DNA of 64,000 bases, from the NCBI GenBank assembly GCA_964016885.1, contig OZ024740.1, positions 57,784,001 through 57,848,000 on the forward strand. Direction: 5' to 3'. The stretch's first letter is position 1. Each line of letters opens with the position of its first letter. Shown one piece after another: positions 44,430-59,216 of the stretch. Position numbers and translations under genes: made by a program. The notes under the pieces were generated by a model that did not search any database, was not told the origin of the DNA, and saw only the letters and a program-made list of their open reading frames with translations. The DNA comes from Eledone cirrhosa (Eukaryota).

Positions 44430-45776
44430 TGTGTGTGTGTAATACACAAACGGCAAAACATAAATGAACTAAGTGAGAAATTAGGAATAAGAAGGATCAG
44501 ATGCTGTTTACTTGAGAGAAGATTACGTTGGTACAGTCACATGATGCAAACAAAAGACGACAGCTGTATAAAAAAGTGCAGGGCGATCAAAATTGATGGA
44601 ATTTACAGAGTAGGTAGACCCAGAAAAACCTGGGACGACATGATAAAATCCGACCTTGCACACTTACACCTCTCTAAGACAATGTCACTGGACCGAGATC
44701 TTTGGCGCTACGCAGTAATATAGAAGACCCGCCTTCCCTACGTACAAAATTAAACCTACAGTAGGCCCCCTCCTAACCAAATATACACCCCAACCCACTA
44801 CCCCTACTCCATCCTCCCACTCTCACCAACACCACCCTTTCTCTGTAAAGTTATGTTGGTACCACAGAACATCCAGTCCAAACTAATGAGGTTGTGTAGG
44901 TGTCATGACAAAAAAAACACACAGTCCATGCTGTAAAGTGGTTGTGTAGGAGACCTGGTAAAAAGGCACCCAGTTCACACTGTAAATGTGGTTGGTGATA
45001 GGAAGGGCATCCAGATAACCTGCCAGATGCAGTCCTATATGAGCAAGACACGGTTACCCAATCAATCTTGCCTCAAGGGGGACAATTCCCGTCTAACCCA
45101 TGCTAGTGTGGAAGATAGAGGTTAAACGATGATGATGATATATATGTGTATGTGTCACGACAAAAAAAACACACAGTCCACGCTGTAATGTGGCCATGTA
45201 GGTAACACGGTAAAAAGTTCCCAGTCCACACTGTAAATGTGGTTGGTGTTAAGAAGGGCATCCAGCTGTGGAGAGCCTGCCAGATGGTCCTATATGAGCG
45301 AGACACGGTCACCGACCAATCTTGCCTAAAATTGGGACAACTCCCATCTAACCCATGCTAGTATGGAGGATGGACGTTAAACGATGATGATGATGATGAT
45401 GATGATATATATATATCTTCTGGCGTCACGCAGTAATACAGAGTACCCAACCTCCCATGGGTACAAGCTGAAGCATATAAACAATATGCCCCCCCACCCC
45501 CCACCGCAAGGTGGTCGTGGAGGTGCCACGGCAAAAAAAGCACCCAGCCCACACTGTAAAGTGGACGTGTAGGCGCCATGAAAAAGCACCCAGCACTCAC
45601 TGTAAATGAGGTTGGTGTTAGGAAGGGCATCCAGCTGTAGAAATCAAGCCAGATCAGTTCCTGTATGAGCAAGGCATGGTCAGCCGACCAGACACTGCAC
45701 ACAACAGGACAACCCGTCTAACCCATGCTAGCGTGGAAGAACGGACGTAAAACGGTGATGATGATGATGATGATGA
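44430..45776 (+). mobile_element. Head-to-tail stack of three RTE 3' ends: A (44430-45138), A UTR (45150-45405), B UTR (45417-45776)
   Basis: Each ends in (GAT)n followed by (AT)n, and the next copy starts inside that (AT)n. Confidence 0.9.
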
Positions 45777-47278
45777 TATATATATATATATATATATCAT
45801 CTTGTTAGTTTAAGCAGCTGACTGATGAAGCAATTCATGAGATTGGTTTTCCGAAACAAGACTTGACCAAATAGAAAATAAATATTTTCATATTAGGATT
45901 GTTTCATGTGATTTTTCTGAGCCATTTAACTATGTTCCATATTTATCATGTTGATTAATGTTGCAGCTCTAAATATCCTATGTATTTTTGTATATCATCA
46001 AAATATTAAATTATGTAAAAAAGCTTCAGAAATATAATTGGCCAAAAAACAAAGAGATTCCCTTGCTACTCAAAACACTTCAAGCTCTTGTAATATATCA
46101 ACTAATTTCCACTTCACTTACAACATTGCAATGATCTTCATTTAAAACATTCTACATACTCTTCATAAAAATAATAAATATCGCTATTACAGTCTAATAT
46201 ATCATTTCACCAAAATATGGAAACCCTGATATTATGGCAATGCCAGCCTAGTCGGGGGTCCCTTCCTTTCATTCACTAACCTAAAATAAAGCCTCAAAAC
46301 ATACAAAAGAGTACAAGGGGAAAACATATTATTCAATCTGACATCAGTAAAATCTTGACTAGCATAAAAACCTTCTAATAATGTTGCCTTCCAAGAAGCT
46401 CTACATATTTTTTCTTCTTGCATAAGATGTTTTTTGTTAAACTACTTCATAGTAGTATTTTGTTTCAATGGGGTTCTCTGTGATTCACATTTGATCAACT
46501 TAGGTGTGTTTCAGATTTCAGCTATATTTTTCACACTCTTTTCAACATGAATTTCCTGTTCAATGATGATTCTATATCACACACCTTTATTCTGACACTA
46601 CTTTTCATTCACCCTTAATCTTATACACACATGTATCAAATACATACAACCAATAAACTGCAAACATTCCAAACAGAAATTTCAATAACTTAGTCTGTTT
46701 GAATAACACTTTTATATTTACTACAAATATCAAGGAAATGGTTTCCTCCATCTCTTCAAAGAAGCAACACTCAATGAAGGAGACTTTACATGGTCACTTA
46801 ATTCACTAGAAATATCAGTTAACCCTTCTTCAACTCATATCATACTATCTTAAAATCAGAAGGATACATTAAATAATTGTTTCTACTTTTGGCACAAGGC
46901 CAGCAATTACCCAGTTCATTACTGGTACTTTATTTTATCAACCCCGTAAGGATGAAAGGCAAAGTTAACCTCGGTGGGATTTGAACTCAGAATGGCAAAT
47001 CCTATCGAGGTTAACTTTGACTACATTAAATAATGTAGTCCTAAATATAAAGAGTGTGATTAAAAGTGATCACAACTCGAAAGCCTTTTCAAGCTCTGCT
47101 TGATCAGAGGACTGACCTGGTCTAAACAACAACAACCTTCACAATCTTTACAAATGCTAAGCTCATAGTCTTTTACAATACTGCAAAACTTGTTTGCTAT
47201 TTCAGCTCCATATTTCCAGCTGAAATGTATAAGCACACCTCATATATTATTGCTCTAATATCTAGAACAGACCAACTG

Positions 47279-47451
<173 letters not shown>

Positions 47452-47903
47452 AATATTGTAGATTGCATCTAAAAAATGTCATGTGTTTGACAAACTTTCA
47501 CTCAACAAAAAGCTACCCACACCAACTAACTCTTTGACATGCTATTTCTTATTTTATGATTATCATAATGATGCTTCCTGGTTTACTTAACTAGTAAACT
47601 GTGTACCATTGACATATGAACTTTCTTTCTGTTGTAATTCCTACTAAGTCCAAAAGGCATGCTAACACTTTTACCAAACTTGTGATCCTCTGGAAAGAAC
47701 AATATCCCTTTGAATATCTTCTCTCCAGAGCTAAATCTGGAGAAATCAAAGCTGATCATCAACCACATTCATCTTATGAATCCCAGAAAGTAATCAATGG
47801 CTATGAATTCAAAATCCCTTCCACAGGCTAAATATATATTTTCTAAATCCCAACATGAAAACATACCACACCTAAAAGATACCCTACACAGTGGAGTGAG
47901 AAT

Positions 47904-48069
47904 CAGGGCCTATGAGAAGTAGAGGTCCAACCGGTACTTTGTTCTGGTGCCCAAGAGCTAAGAAGGCCCCACAGCAACCATGCAACATCCATTTTGAGAA
48001 AAATCTTTGCCTGCTTCGGGCCCCAAAGGAGTCTTGTACCACCATATAAAATTTCTGTTTGAGGCCTTG
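47904..48069. mobile_element. hAT-type MITE
   Basis: Termini CAGGGCCT / AGGCCTTG flanked by a perfect 8-bp TSD GTGAGAAT (47896-47903, 48070-48077). Confidence 0.8.
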
Positions 48070-50195
48070 GTGAGAATATTAAAACTAAAATGTAACCAAG
48101 ATATGCAAATAATTCAATTCATGGCAGATATAAATAACAACACTTTTCTCTGCATATTTTCTATAAGGTTTAATTAATTAATTCCTTAATATCATATTTT
48201 GTGATATTTTAAACAATAGAGATATTAATTAAAAGATTTCAATGGACCAGTCACTGGTTCACTGCACTTATGGTGTTAAGAGTAACAATGGATTGTTTGT
48301 GCAACATGAGTGAAACAAATAACAAAAGATAATTTAATTCAAAGGCACCAGGTAAACTGACATCTGATTGTTAAAAGAAATACTTCAAAAGTAACTAGTA
48401 GCAACTTCTCTTGAAAAGTCTACCAAGTTTACCAATAAACATCACTGAAAGAAAAACACACACACAAATACATGTGATGGGCTCCCACAGTTTCTCTCTT
48501 CTATATTCCACTCACAGGTAAGTTAAAGCTCCCTTAACTCCAGGTAGAGTCATACAAGTGTGTTGTAATACATGGCATGTCTTGGACATTTTAAATGTTG
48601 CTCATCTGTCTTCAACAAATTCCTTTCAAAGAAATAAACAGAAAGAACCATCCCCAGTGTTATACTGGTATTTTATTTATTGTCCCCAAAAGGATGTAAT
48701 GCAAAGTAACCTCAACAGGATTTGGACTCCACGTGGAGTGATCAAGAACAAATATTGAGGTATTATTTTATTCAGCTCCCTAAAAATTCTGCCAATTCAA
48801 TGTCTTATTTTATTAACAAAATATCAGTAAAACTTTTCAGCTAGCAGTCCTAGGAAATGTGCTTTTATTTATTTTTTAATATATGCTCCAGACAATTTCA
48901 AGTGATTTCCACATGACTGTTTGCAGTTATCTCAGTCAGTGTGATAAAATCATTTCGCACATTAAACAAATTTAGTGTCTTTTGTTTTCCCTACTAGAGT
49001 TAGTTATTGGGTAATGTCAACTTTATGTTGTGCAAATAAGTGCACAGAATCATCAGTGTATAAATATATGTGATGAGAAAGGAAGAATCATAGAACCATG
49101 AAGTGTTGGAAAACTATTCCAGACATTTTACCAATCATGTTATCATTAGAGGAATTTTAAAATAACTGACTCTACATTATTAGAAATATTAGCATTGGAT
49201 ATCTTATGACATAAAAAGAAGCCTTATTATTGTTCTTGTTATCTTAGATAATACATGTTCCTGTGTATAGGGATACAGGCATGGCCAAGTGATTAAAAAA
49301 CTTGCTTTGCAAACATGAGGTTTTGGGTTCTGAACTCAGAACTTCATTGTTGAAGCAAACTCCTTAATCACACAGTCATGCCTGCACCTATATATATATA
49401 TTTATACCAAATGTCAACTGGACCCATTTAGGCATCGAGTGCTCAAACTAGTGAACCAATAGTAACTTAACATTAGACAACAATAATATATATATATAAG
49501 ATTTAGAGAAGAAATTCCAGACATGGAGGCAAAACCCAGAATTGAAAGGCCTCAATGTAAACTTGGCAAAAATTACAGTTTTAGTAAGTTGAAAACAAGA
49601 CAGGAGCCAGATAATATCAAAGAAATAGATGTGTTCGATATGCAGAAAAGAAGTAGGTCAGAATTCCATGGTTTAATATGGATACACAAGATGTGTAGTG
49701 AGTTAACAAAGTTGTCAATAATCAGAGCATGAGTAAAATATAATCTTTCCAGTGCTCAGAAGGTTCCATAGAAGTAACTGATAGCTTTTGTTACCTAGGT
49801 GATCTAATCAGTGTAAGCACTAATAATATGCAAGTTGGTACCTCCAAATAACTCTTACTACCATATTCGGTGAGTTTATTTTTCTGTGGATTGTGAGAGA
49901 TGCACACAATTTCTGAAGATATTTTAGATAAGAACTAAAACTTGGATCAAGCTGTTCATCTTTTTCAATCTAAGGAGATATGTAAATAATATTTACATAT
50001 ATAAATGTGTGAATACTGTAGGTTAAATCCTGTACTGTTTTTATACAGATATCTATTTACATATATTTATATTTTATGAAATGTGATACTTCGTATACTT
50101 TATATTGTTAACTATTTTCTACTTTATTTTGTATTATTTTGTTTCATTATCTTTTGGTTGACGATATGATGTATTTGACATAATTCCAATGTACA

Positions 50196-50240
50196 CCACT
50201 TGAAGAACTATGTATCCATAGAAATATGTTTTTATAGTGG
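50196..50240 (+). ncRNA. Degenerate minimal hammerhead-like motif (old PLE end?)
   Basis: CCAC-TTGAAGA-ACTATGTATCCATA-GAAA-TATGTTTTTA-TA-GTGG; C3U change and weak stem III. Confidence 0.4.
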
Positions 50241-50732
50241 AGACCTGTGTGAATACACATATAGGTATAAAATATAAGTTGTGAAGTCCTTATTCAGAAG
50301 AACATTTAGATTCTTTATCATAAATAAAATATAACAAAAATGAAATCTATGGAATAAAACAAATACTAGCCAATAACAGATATACAAATAAATTGTGAGC
50401 CCAAGCTATTGTATAATAAATAAATAAATTCATCAGAGTGAATACCACAGATACTGTATCTAATAAAAGTAAGTAACCACACATAAAGAGTATAACATGA
50501 ATCAAAATACACCCTGACTATAAAATAGGTGAGCATATTATTGCATAAAATCATAAAACAGAATGCACCATACATTATATTTGATCTTAAACTATCACTG
50601 ATGATACAATACAAAATCACCAAAATTAATTATTTCCCTACTTTCAACAAACTATCAGCCTGGAAGCTACTGAACAAGTGTCAGCTGACTGATGTTATCT
50701 AGAAATGTGTATGCAACTATGAGAGTAGTAAA

Positions 50733-51665
50733 CATCATCATCATCATCATCATCGTTTAACGTCCATGTTCCACGCTTGCATGGGTTTGGACGGGAGTTT
50801 TCCCACTTGAGGCAAGAGTGGTTGTCTTGCTCGCATAGGACTGTCTGGCGGGTTTTCTACAGCTGGATGCCCTTCCTAACACCAACCACATTTACAGTGT
50901 GGGACTGGGAGGTTTTTACCGTGTTGCCTACATGGGCACATTACAGTGTGGACTGTGTGTTTTTTTGTCATGATACCTACACGATCTCATTTGTTTCGGC
51001 CTGGATGTTGTGGCACCAACATAACTTTACATTGAAAGGGGCAGTGTGGATGGGGTGGGGGTGGTGGGACGGGGGTGTATTTTGTTAGAGATGCCTACTG
51101 ACTGTAGTAGGTTTTACTTTGTATTTAAGTAAGGCGTGTCTTCTCTATTACTGAGTACCGCCAAAGATCTCGGTCCAGTGACATTGTCTTGGAGAGGTGT
51201 AAGTGTGTGAGGTCGGAGTTTATCAGATCGTCCCAGGTTTTTCTGGGTCTGCCTACTCCGTGGCTACCGTCTATCTTTATTGCCCTGCACTTTTTATACA
51301 GCTGTCGTCTTTCATGCGCATTACGTGACCATACCAACGTAGCCTTCTCTCGAGTAAACAACATCTGATCCCTCTTATTTCTAATTTTTCCCCTAGTTCA
51401 TTTATGCTTTGCCGTTCGCGTATATTACTATTACACATCCAGCGGAGCATGCAAGCTTCGTTCCTCTCTAGTCTGCGTATATCCTCTGCACACAATGCCC
51501 AGGTCTCACTGCCATGCAACATTGCTGTTCATATGCAGGCATCATACAGCCTGCCTTTCATTTTTAGGGAGAACCCTTTAGCGGCTAATAATGGTATAAG
51601 CTCTCTGAACTTTTTCCATCCAGTTCTGACTCTAGCTACTGTACTTTCAGAGCACCCTCCCCCAC
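50733..51665 (-). mobile_element. RTE subfamily A 3' third
   Basis: [30 protein letters not shown] identical to the 8856-10721 ORF; full 3' UTR and (CAT)n tail. Confidence 0.92.
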
Positions 51666-52299
51666 ATGTTACTAATAATTATATTGCCTATGTAAATACA
51701 TTTTCTCAACATATTCGCCATATATTTATACAAGGAACTATTGCAACACACTACATCACACAACATAAAACAAAATGAAATGAGAAAAATATAGTTGACA
51801 ACCCAACCACTATCTAGAGCAGGATTGAGGAATCTTTTTATACCAACATATCATATACCTTCTACACACACTGGTGTATAAGATACCCTTATTTTGAAGA
51901 AATAGTCTTGGAAAAACTGTTATAATACTTAACATATATTTATTGAACAAGAATTCGACCTGATATAAAAAGATACTATTATCCCAGACATAAAAATATT
52001 CAAAAGAATTATTTGAACAGTAATAATTGTATATTTGCAAATACTTTCACTCATGTCTATTAAATATATTATTTGATTCATATTTTTATGAATTAGGATA
52101 TAATGTAAATTGCTGTCTTTTAGAAGAAAATATCAATATTGGTATTAATTAGGTATGCACACCTATTTAAATATACAGTTCTACTTATTGGGACTTGTTT
52201 GAAAATGATATTGCTGTCTCTATCGAATGCTGTAAGAACTGGCAAAGGCCTGCTACCTGTCTTGCGAGGTGCTGGATGGATGCACAAAGTTTGTGTTTC

Positions 52300-52790
52300 A
52301 TGAGACATCAAAAAGGGACAAGAAGGGTGCAAATCTTAACAATTGGCAACCGGAATATTACAATCCTTATCAGTAAAGAAAAGGAACTAGTGGAGGAGGC
52401 TAAATGCTACCAGCTTGATATAGTCAGGGTTTCTTTAACAAAGTTCTGTGACTCTGGTACTGTAGATTTGAATGAAGGATGGAAACTCCACTATCCAGGT
52501 GTGGTGCCAAAAAAGACTGCACAGGCAGGAGTTGGGATACTCACAAGTCCCTGGCTGTTAGAATGCGTTATGGACTGGATCTCATTAGGAGGAAGGATTC
52601 GCTTATTGCAGCTTAGGCTGAATGAAGAGTCTCTGAGGGTAGTGCAAAACAGAGAGTCCAAAAACAGATGCTTCCTTGATGAAGCCATGCAGCTTTAGAT
52701 GTTGTTAAGACTGTGTCATATATCCTAATGGGAGACTTCAATACACATGGAAAGGAGGGATTGAAAGGAATGGTGATCCCAATCTAAATA
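52300..52790 (+). mobile_element. RTE-type APE endonuclease remnant
   Basis: TIGNRNI...KELVEE...LDIV.VS.TK...AQAGVGIL and ILMGDFN motifs. Confidence 0.7.
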
Positions 52791-52809
52791 TGACTGTCAA
52801 TTGAGTCCA

Positions 52810-53340
52810 TCATCAAAATTGCTCCACCACCTTTCCTTAGCCAGGAAGGGCAGGCTGCTTTTGTCTGTCAGTGGCCATGATGAAAGAAGTCATATGGTGG
52901 ACATGTCTGAAAGGGCTGAAGACAGGCACTTTCTTCTTCAACGACCCCTTGATTAACTTTTTCAGGTTTCACTTGAAAAGGAAAATAGGGTGGAGGGGGA
53001 AGTGCTGCCTTCAAAGTAATTTGTTGAAAGGTAGTTGAAAGAGGTGAGAATGGCCCAAGAGATAGGACTGCTCTGAGCATGTACCTGTAGTTTCAAGGAG
53101 AACACCTGGGAGAGGGCACTTGCCCTAGCGATCACGTTGACTGTGGTTTTTGTGGGCGACCCTCAGAGGTTTCTCTCCTATTGGGAAATTGTCTTTTTGT
53201 TTTTATTTATTTTTTTTGTTAAATCCTTTGTTTTTGTTTTATGCACAATTTTACATGCAGAAACCTACATTGTACTGTCCTCTGCTATCCTTAATGTACT
53301 TTTTGTAAACCCTTTGTGATCAATAAAGAAAACATTATTA
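52810..53340 (+). mobile_element. Old 3' fragment of the Tx1/L1-type LINE
   Basis: Diverged match to 58925-59461; ends AATAAAGAAAACATTATT. Confidence 0.85.
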
Positions 53341-53388
53341 TTTTAAAAAAAGAAAGATTCATTATCATTATTATTGTTGTTGTTGTTG

Positions 53389-53432
<44 letters not shown>

Positions 53433-53647
53433 GAATGCTATGGTTGACGGAGGCTCGGCTCTGTAAGGTATTGTAAATTTTGACCGCTATAACAATTGTA
53501 AATTGTTTAAAACTTTAACCAACTTGTAAACAAAAACACCCGCCTCCTCGTGAGAGGGGTCTTTCTGCCCGTTATTTGGCCCTTCGGGGTTAAATAACCG
53601 CTTATTGGGGTTTTGTGCCCAATATTTATTTTAACAAAAAAAACAAC

Positions 53648-55761
53648 ATGGCTACGAAAAAGAATTTTCATAGGTCACTCCCACTCATTCCGTCTTCTTC
53701 TTCCTCAATCGTCACTACAGCAGAGAGAAGATTGTCTCTCTCCCTCCCTTCTCTTTCGCAAGCGACGCCAGAAAAGAAAAATCACGTGCAAAGCGTGCAA
53801 GATTTCTCCACGACGACGACGACAACGACGAAAAAGGTGTGCAGGAAATACGAAAACCCATTTCATTCGTCTGACGTCAGGAATAATAGCAGTAGCAGCC
53901 GTAATAACAGCAGCAGCAGCAACAGTGACAAGGAAAACAACAGTAGCAGCCGCAACAGCATCAGCAGCAGCATAAACAACAACGGCATTAGCAGCAACAA
54001 CAGCAGCAACAACAACAACAACAACCACAGCAACAGCGGCGGCGGCAGTAGTCGTAGTACCTGCAGCAACAATAAAAGTAACAGCAGCACTGACGACAAC
54101 AACAACAACAACAACAACAGCAGCAAAGAAAAACCAATCTCGTTTGCAGGTATCGCAAAGAACCTGGAAACCACCATCCTCATAACAAATGAGGAATTAA
54201 AGGAACCGAAGAAGATGGTGACAAAAACTGGACACCGAGCAATCTGCAAGGCAGCCGAAAAATGTTTCGAAACCCATCAGCGCTGTACGGTCACGTACCG
54301 TACAGTAAGTACAAAATCCCGTAGGGTTGAAAGAGCCACAGAGGCTCAAATACAAAAAGCTTTGGGGTCTGTGTGGCAGCGGAAAACACACATCACCCGA
54401 GGCAAGAAATATGCCACCGTAGACGTACTTTTTGCCACACCCCAGGAGGCAAAGGCTCAATCCTTAGTGACCCTAAGGAGCGAGAAAATGGTGTTGGTGC
54501 CCTCCTACTGCGGGCAAAAAATTGTGAGGGTCAAACTGACCCCCCCCCCCCCCCCAGGATGGCCCCTTCTTGGCTGGCCGCGTCTGTCCTCGTCGGAATC
54601 GAGGACAAAACAACTGTACTGCAAGTACAGAAAAAAAGTAAGAGAAGATTGGGTCGGCACCTCCATTGAGATGTTAATCCAAACCAACCAGGAGTGCATC
54701 GAAGCTATCCCGGATGTGATAGACTTCGATAACGGCACTCAACTGCCCATAAGTGTTGAGGGCAAACGCCCGAAATGCTTTCGCTGTGGATCGAAGACTC
54801 ACCTCAGGGCCTTCTGCAACGAGAAGACCTTGAGAAAGGAGAAAACCCCCTCCTTCCGAAACCGGCTCCACGGCTACCAGCAACAGGACAAGCGGCAACC
54901 AGGAACGATAGGTCCGTGGCACCCATACCCACGCCACGGAAATCAAAAACAGCAGCAGCAGTGGAAGTATTAACAACAACAACAGCAATACCAAATGCAG
55001 CTGCAACAGAGACTCCAGTGCAAACATCACCAACAACAACAAGTGAAAGAGTGGAGCTGGTACCCCTCCCCGACCTCACAGAATCAGACATGGAGTGTGA
55101 GGTGGGAGAGGGATGTCAAAAGGTCGTAAGAAGGCACAAACGCAGAAGCAGCGCATCGTCGCCTTCGAAAAGGGAGGAAAGAAATGAAAAAAGGGTAAAG
55201 GCTACTGCAAAGAGACTCACAGCAGCAACACCACCAACACCATCACCACCCACACTAGCACCACCATCACCACCGGCGACAACCCCACCGCCAACAACAA
55301 CAACACCTTCAACACCATCACCACAAGCACCAACATCGCAAACACAACAACAAAACACACACACCCAGCAAAAATGACAAGAAAATAGCAGAACCACACC
55401 CCACCCCCAGAAAAACAAATGCACGGCAATAAATACACACAACAAGAAACTAATGACTTACATAATTGAACACACAGACATTTCACAACACGACTACATA
55501 ATACCAGCACCAATCAAAACGCCAACTAACATAAGACTGCTAAAAATAGCACAGAAACAATACACAAACATTAAAACGAAATTCCCCAACGCAGTTGGTG
55601 ATTTCAGAGACCTACGAGGGATACTCAACCGAAGAGTATATTCGGACATACTCATAGAAGAGCCGACGACCAGCCGAAGGGACGATTCAACGGTCCCTTC
55701 ACCAGACGATCAAGTGAAAAGGGATGGAAAAACCATCCCTCCTCTACGAAAAGTACGGTAA
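53648..55761 (+). pseudogene. Tx1 ORF1 (gag-like, CX2CX4HX4C), frameshifted
   Basis: CFRCGSKTHLRAFC; N/S low-complexity N-terminus and P/T-rich C-terminus. Frame changes at homopolymers near 54540, 54631 and 54845. Confidence 0.75.
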
Positions 55762-55796
55762 GTGGTCTTTCCCATCTTTTCCACTCTATTTTAAAC

Positions 55797-58700
55797 ATGA
55801 CCTCACTCAGAATAGGCAGCATAAATGCGCGTGGCTTGGGGTCGTCATGGAAGCAGGGTCACCTGCTCAACGACCTCAGGTCACTAAATATAGATGTAGT
55901 GGCCATCAGCGAGACCAGAATCTCCAAAGCACGGGCCTTCGCACCGATCTTCGGCGGCTACGATGTGTACGCATCTCCCAGCCGTCCTGGATCGGGGGGG
56001 AAGAATTGCTGTTCTTTTTCGGAGAGGTTTGGATCTCGCCATACGGGCCATCTTCCTGGACCCAGAGGGTAAGTTGGTGGTGCTGGACGTGACCAGCGGA
56101 GACGGGCAAGCTTTCAGGTTAGTGGCCGTCTATGCCCCGACAGGAGCAGGGCGGCCTGATTTCTTCCGGCGTCTGGAGACCTTTCTTGGAACGTCCCGCT
56201 CTTTAGTGTTAGTGGGCGACTGGAACGGGATCTTAGATGCACGCTGGGACTGTGTGGGATTAGCGGATAGGGTGGAGGGTGCAAGAGTCTCACCAACCTG
56301 CTCAGGCGTTTTGAACTGTCTGACAGGTACCGATTGGATTTCCCGAATGTGCCAATGTGGACTTGGACAAATCGCATATGGTCATCCAGATCATATCTAG
56401 ATAGAGTATTTTGTAGGGAAATAGATAGGTCTAGCATAGGCTGTCCTCAATTCAAGATAGTCAGCTACACGGACCACAAATTCGTGATCTGTGTGCTTGA
56501 CTTAGATAGGCTTCATAGACGAGGACCCGGCTACTGGAAGCTAAACGCGTCCTTACCAGCGTGCAAGGCCTACAGAGACCGGATTAGCGAACTAGTTAAG
56601 CGGACGTTGACGGGGGCCATCGTCAACAACAAGTGGTGGTTTGCTCTGAAAAGAGCGATTAGAATAGAATCCATTAGGTTTAGTAAGGCTTTAGCAATAG
56701 AGAAAAATAGAGCAGAGGGAGAACTAGTTAGAAAATTAGACGAGGCGCTTAGCAAAGGCATTGCGACCGACGTGCTTGCGGCGAAATTGGCCCTTGACAA
56801 ATTCTTCAATGCAAAGCACGAAGGCTGCGTTGTCAGAGCTAGGGTGCGTGCTCTCAGACACGAGGGGACGAAAGCCGTTCAATGGGCCCGAGTGGCGGAG
56901 GCGCGTCGTGGCAACAAAGCCACGATCCGGTCTTTGGTGGACCACGACGGGCGCATGCTACTCGATCCCGGGCAAATGTGTGAAGCTTTTCAGCGACACT
57001 TCACTCAGCTGTTCGGCGGCAGCGGTGGGCCGGTTCGAGGGATGGACTTTAGTGTCTACCTCGACGGACTGCCGCGGTTCTCGGCCACTGAGGCGGAGTG
57101 TTGCGAAAAGCCGATAACAGCCGCTGAAGTAAGGGAGGCAATGACTGGCTGCACAAGGGGTAAATCGCCTGGTTTGGATGTTCTGCCCTATGAACTTTAC
57201 GTACAGATGCCAGACTTGTTCGGAGGCCTCTTGGCGGACGTCTACTGCAACTGGCAACAGAACGGGAGAATTCCCAGTTCTGTGAGCCGAGGAGCTGTGG
57301 CGCTGCTGAGAAAGGATCCGAACAAGGGGGATAACATAGATAATTTCAGGCCCATAACTCTGCTAAACACAGAGTTCAAGATTTTGGCCAAGGGGCTAGC
57401 AAAGAGGTTTCCGCTTGTCGTTGGTGGTCTGGTGGGAGAGGCGCAGACATGCGCCATTCCCGACAGATCCATCCACGACAACCTCCACCTCATGCGATAC
57501 ATCGTAGAGAGGGTAGCTCGAGAACCTGGCACGGGTGGGTCCTTGATCAATTTAGATCAGTCGAAAGCTTTCGATAGGGTCGACCATCGTTACCTAGCGG
57601 CAGTCCTGAGGGCGGCTGGATTTGGGCCCGTCTTCAGAGGCTGGATCGCTGCCATGCACAGCGACATCTGCTCTGTGGTGAGAGTGAACGGTCACCTTTC
57701 GGAACCGTTCAACATCATGCGCTCGGTCCGCCAAGGATGTCCCCTCTCATCCCTCTTGTACGTATTGACTCTCGAGCCATTACTGCACAAACTGGAGACG
57801 TTGAGGGGGGTCCCGCGCGAACTAGGATGCGGAAGATCCGTGTCAGCATATGCGGACGATGTCACCGTAGTGGTGTCGAACGCCAAACACATCGAGGCGA
57901 TCGGCACTACACTAAGAGAATACGAAGCGGTGACAGGAGCAATGATCAACCAGGAAAAGTCAGTGGGCCTGCAGCTCGGCACCTGGAGAGGCAGGTCCAT
58001 GCCATCCAACAGCGTCGTCGGGCACTGGACGGGCGGACCGGTTAAATTGCTAAGGGTCTGGTTCGGTCCGGACCTCCAGACGGACAAAAACTGGGACGAG
58101 GTGACGAGCAGGGTGGCTTCTCTCACCCAGAAATGGGCGGAGAGGAAGCTATCCCTGAAAGGTCGAGCAGAGGTGGCTAACGCATACATCGCGTCCATCA
58201 TCTACTACCGCCTGACCGTCGTACCTTGTCCTAAGCCCCGTCTGACTGCGCTGGAGCGTTTGCTCTTTCGCTTTTTGTGGAAGGGAAGCGCTCCTATGGT
58301 CAGGCGGTCCATCTGTTGTCAACACCCGCTACGTGGAGTGCTGGGAATGCCGTGGCTGATGATGCGCAGACACGCGCTCAGGCTACGACATCTCCACCTC
58401 TTCCTCGACAGTGATCAGGTGTGGTTGCCGTTTGCTAGACACCTCTTTCCCTAGCTCGTCTCCTTGATGGAGCTGCAGTCCTGGGTCAAGTGAAGACCGA
58501 GAGGGAGCGCTTGGAGACTGGAATGTCTTCAGGCGCTCACAGCCCTCGACCAATCGGGCAATGTGATCGGTGGAAACTCCACCTTGGTGTTCTATAGAGG
58601 ATTAGTGGAGGGGAAGAGCGACGACGTACCTGGAGAAACTCCAGGCGTCGACGAAAATCAACTAGCCAATCTCTTCGGAAGGACTTTCGGGCCGGGGCCT

Positions 58701-59216
58701 ATGGACAACTTCCAGAAATCCCTGGCCTGGCAGTGCTACCGGGGAGCTTTGCCAGTTCGGGATAAACTCTACAGGCATGGAGGTGCCGTCAGCCGGGCAT
58801 GTCCGAGATGCGCACAGGGCGACGAAACCGTCCTGCACGCACTCGTCCAGTGTCCGAGCATTGCTGACTTGTGGGTTTATGTCGAACACCTGCTGTCACG
58901 TGTAGGACGGATCCAGCTATCAGCTGAGTCCATCGTGAGGATTGCCCCGCCCTCTTCCTTTAGCCGGGAAGGGCAGGCAGTTTTTATCTGTCTGGTGGCC
59001 ATGGCGAAAGAGATAGTATGGCGGGCACGTTTGAAAGGGCTGAAGACGAGCACTTACCTCTACGGTGATGCCCTGATTAACTTTTTCAAATTTCATTTGA
59101 AAAGGAAAATCAGGGTAGAGAGGGAAGTGCTCTCTTCCCAGCATTTTGTTGAAAGATGGGTGAGAGAGGCAAGTATGGCCCGAGAGAATGGGCCTACTCT
59201 GAGTATGTGTCTGTAA
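55797..59216 (+). pseudogene. Tx1 ORF2 (APE endonuclease, RT, C-terminal CCHC), disrupted
   Basis: SINARGL, VAISET, VGDWN, SYLDRV, YTDH; KSPGLD, FRPITLLN, LDQSKAFD, QGCPLS, AYADD; CPRC..ETVLHALVQC. Frameshifts near 55995 and 56275, stops at 58452 and 58491. Confidence 0.9.
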
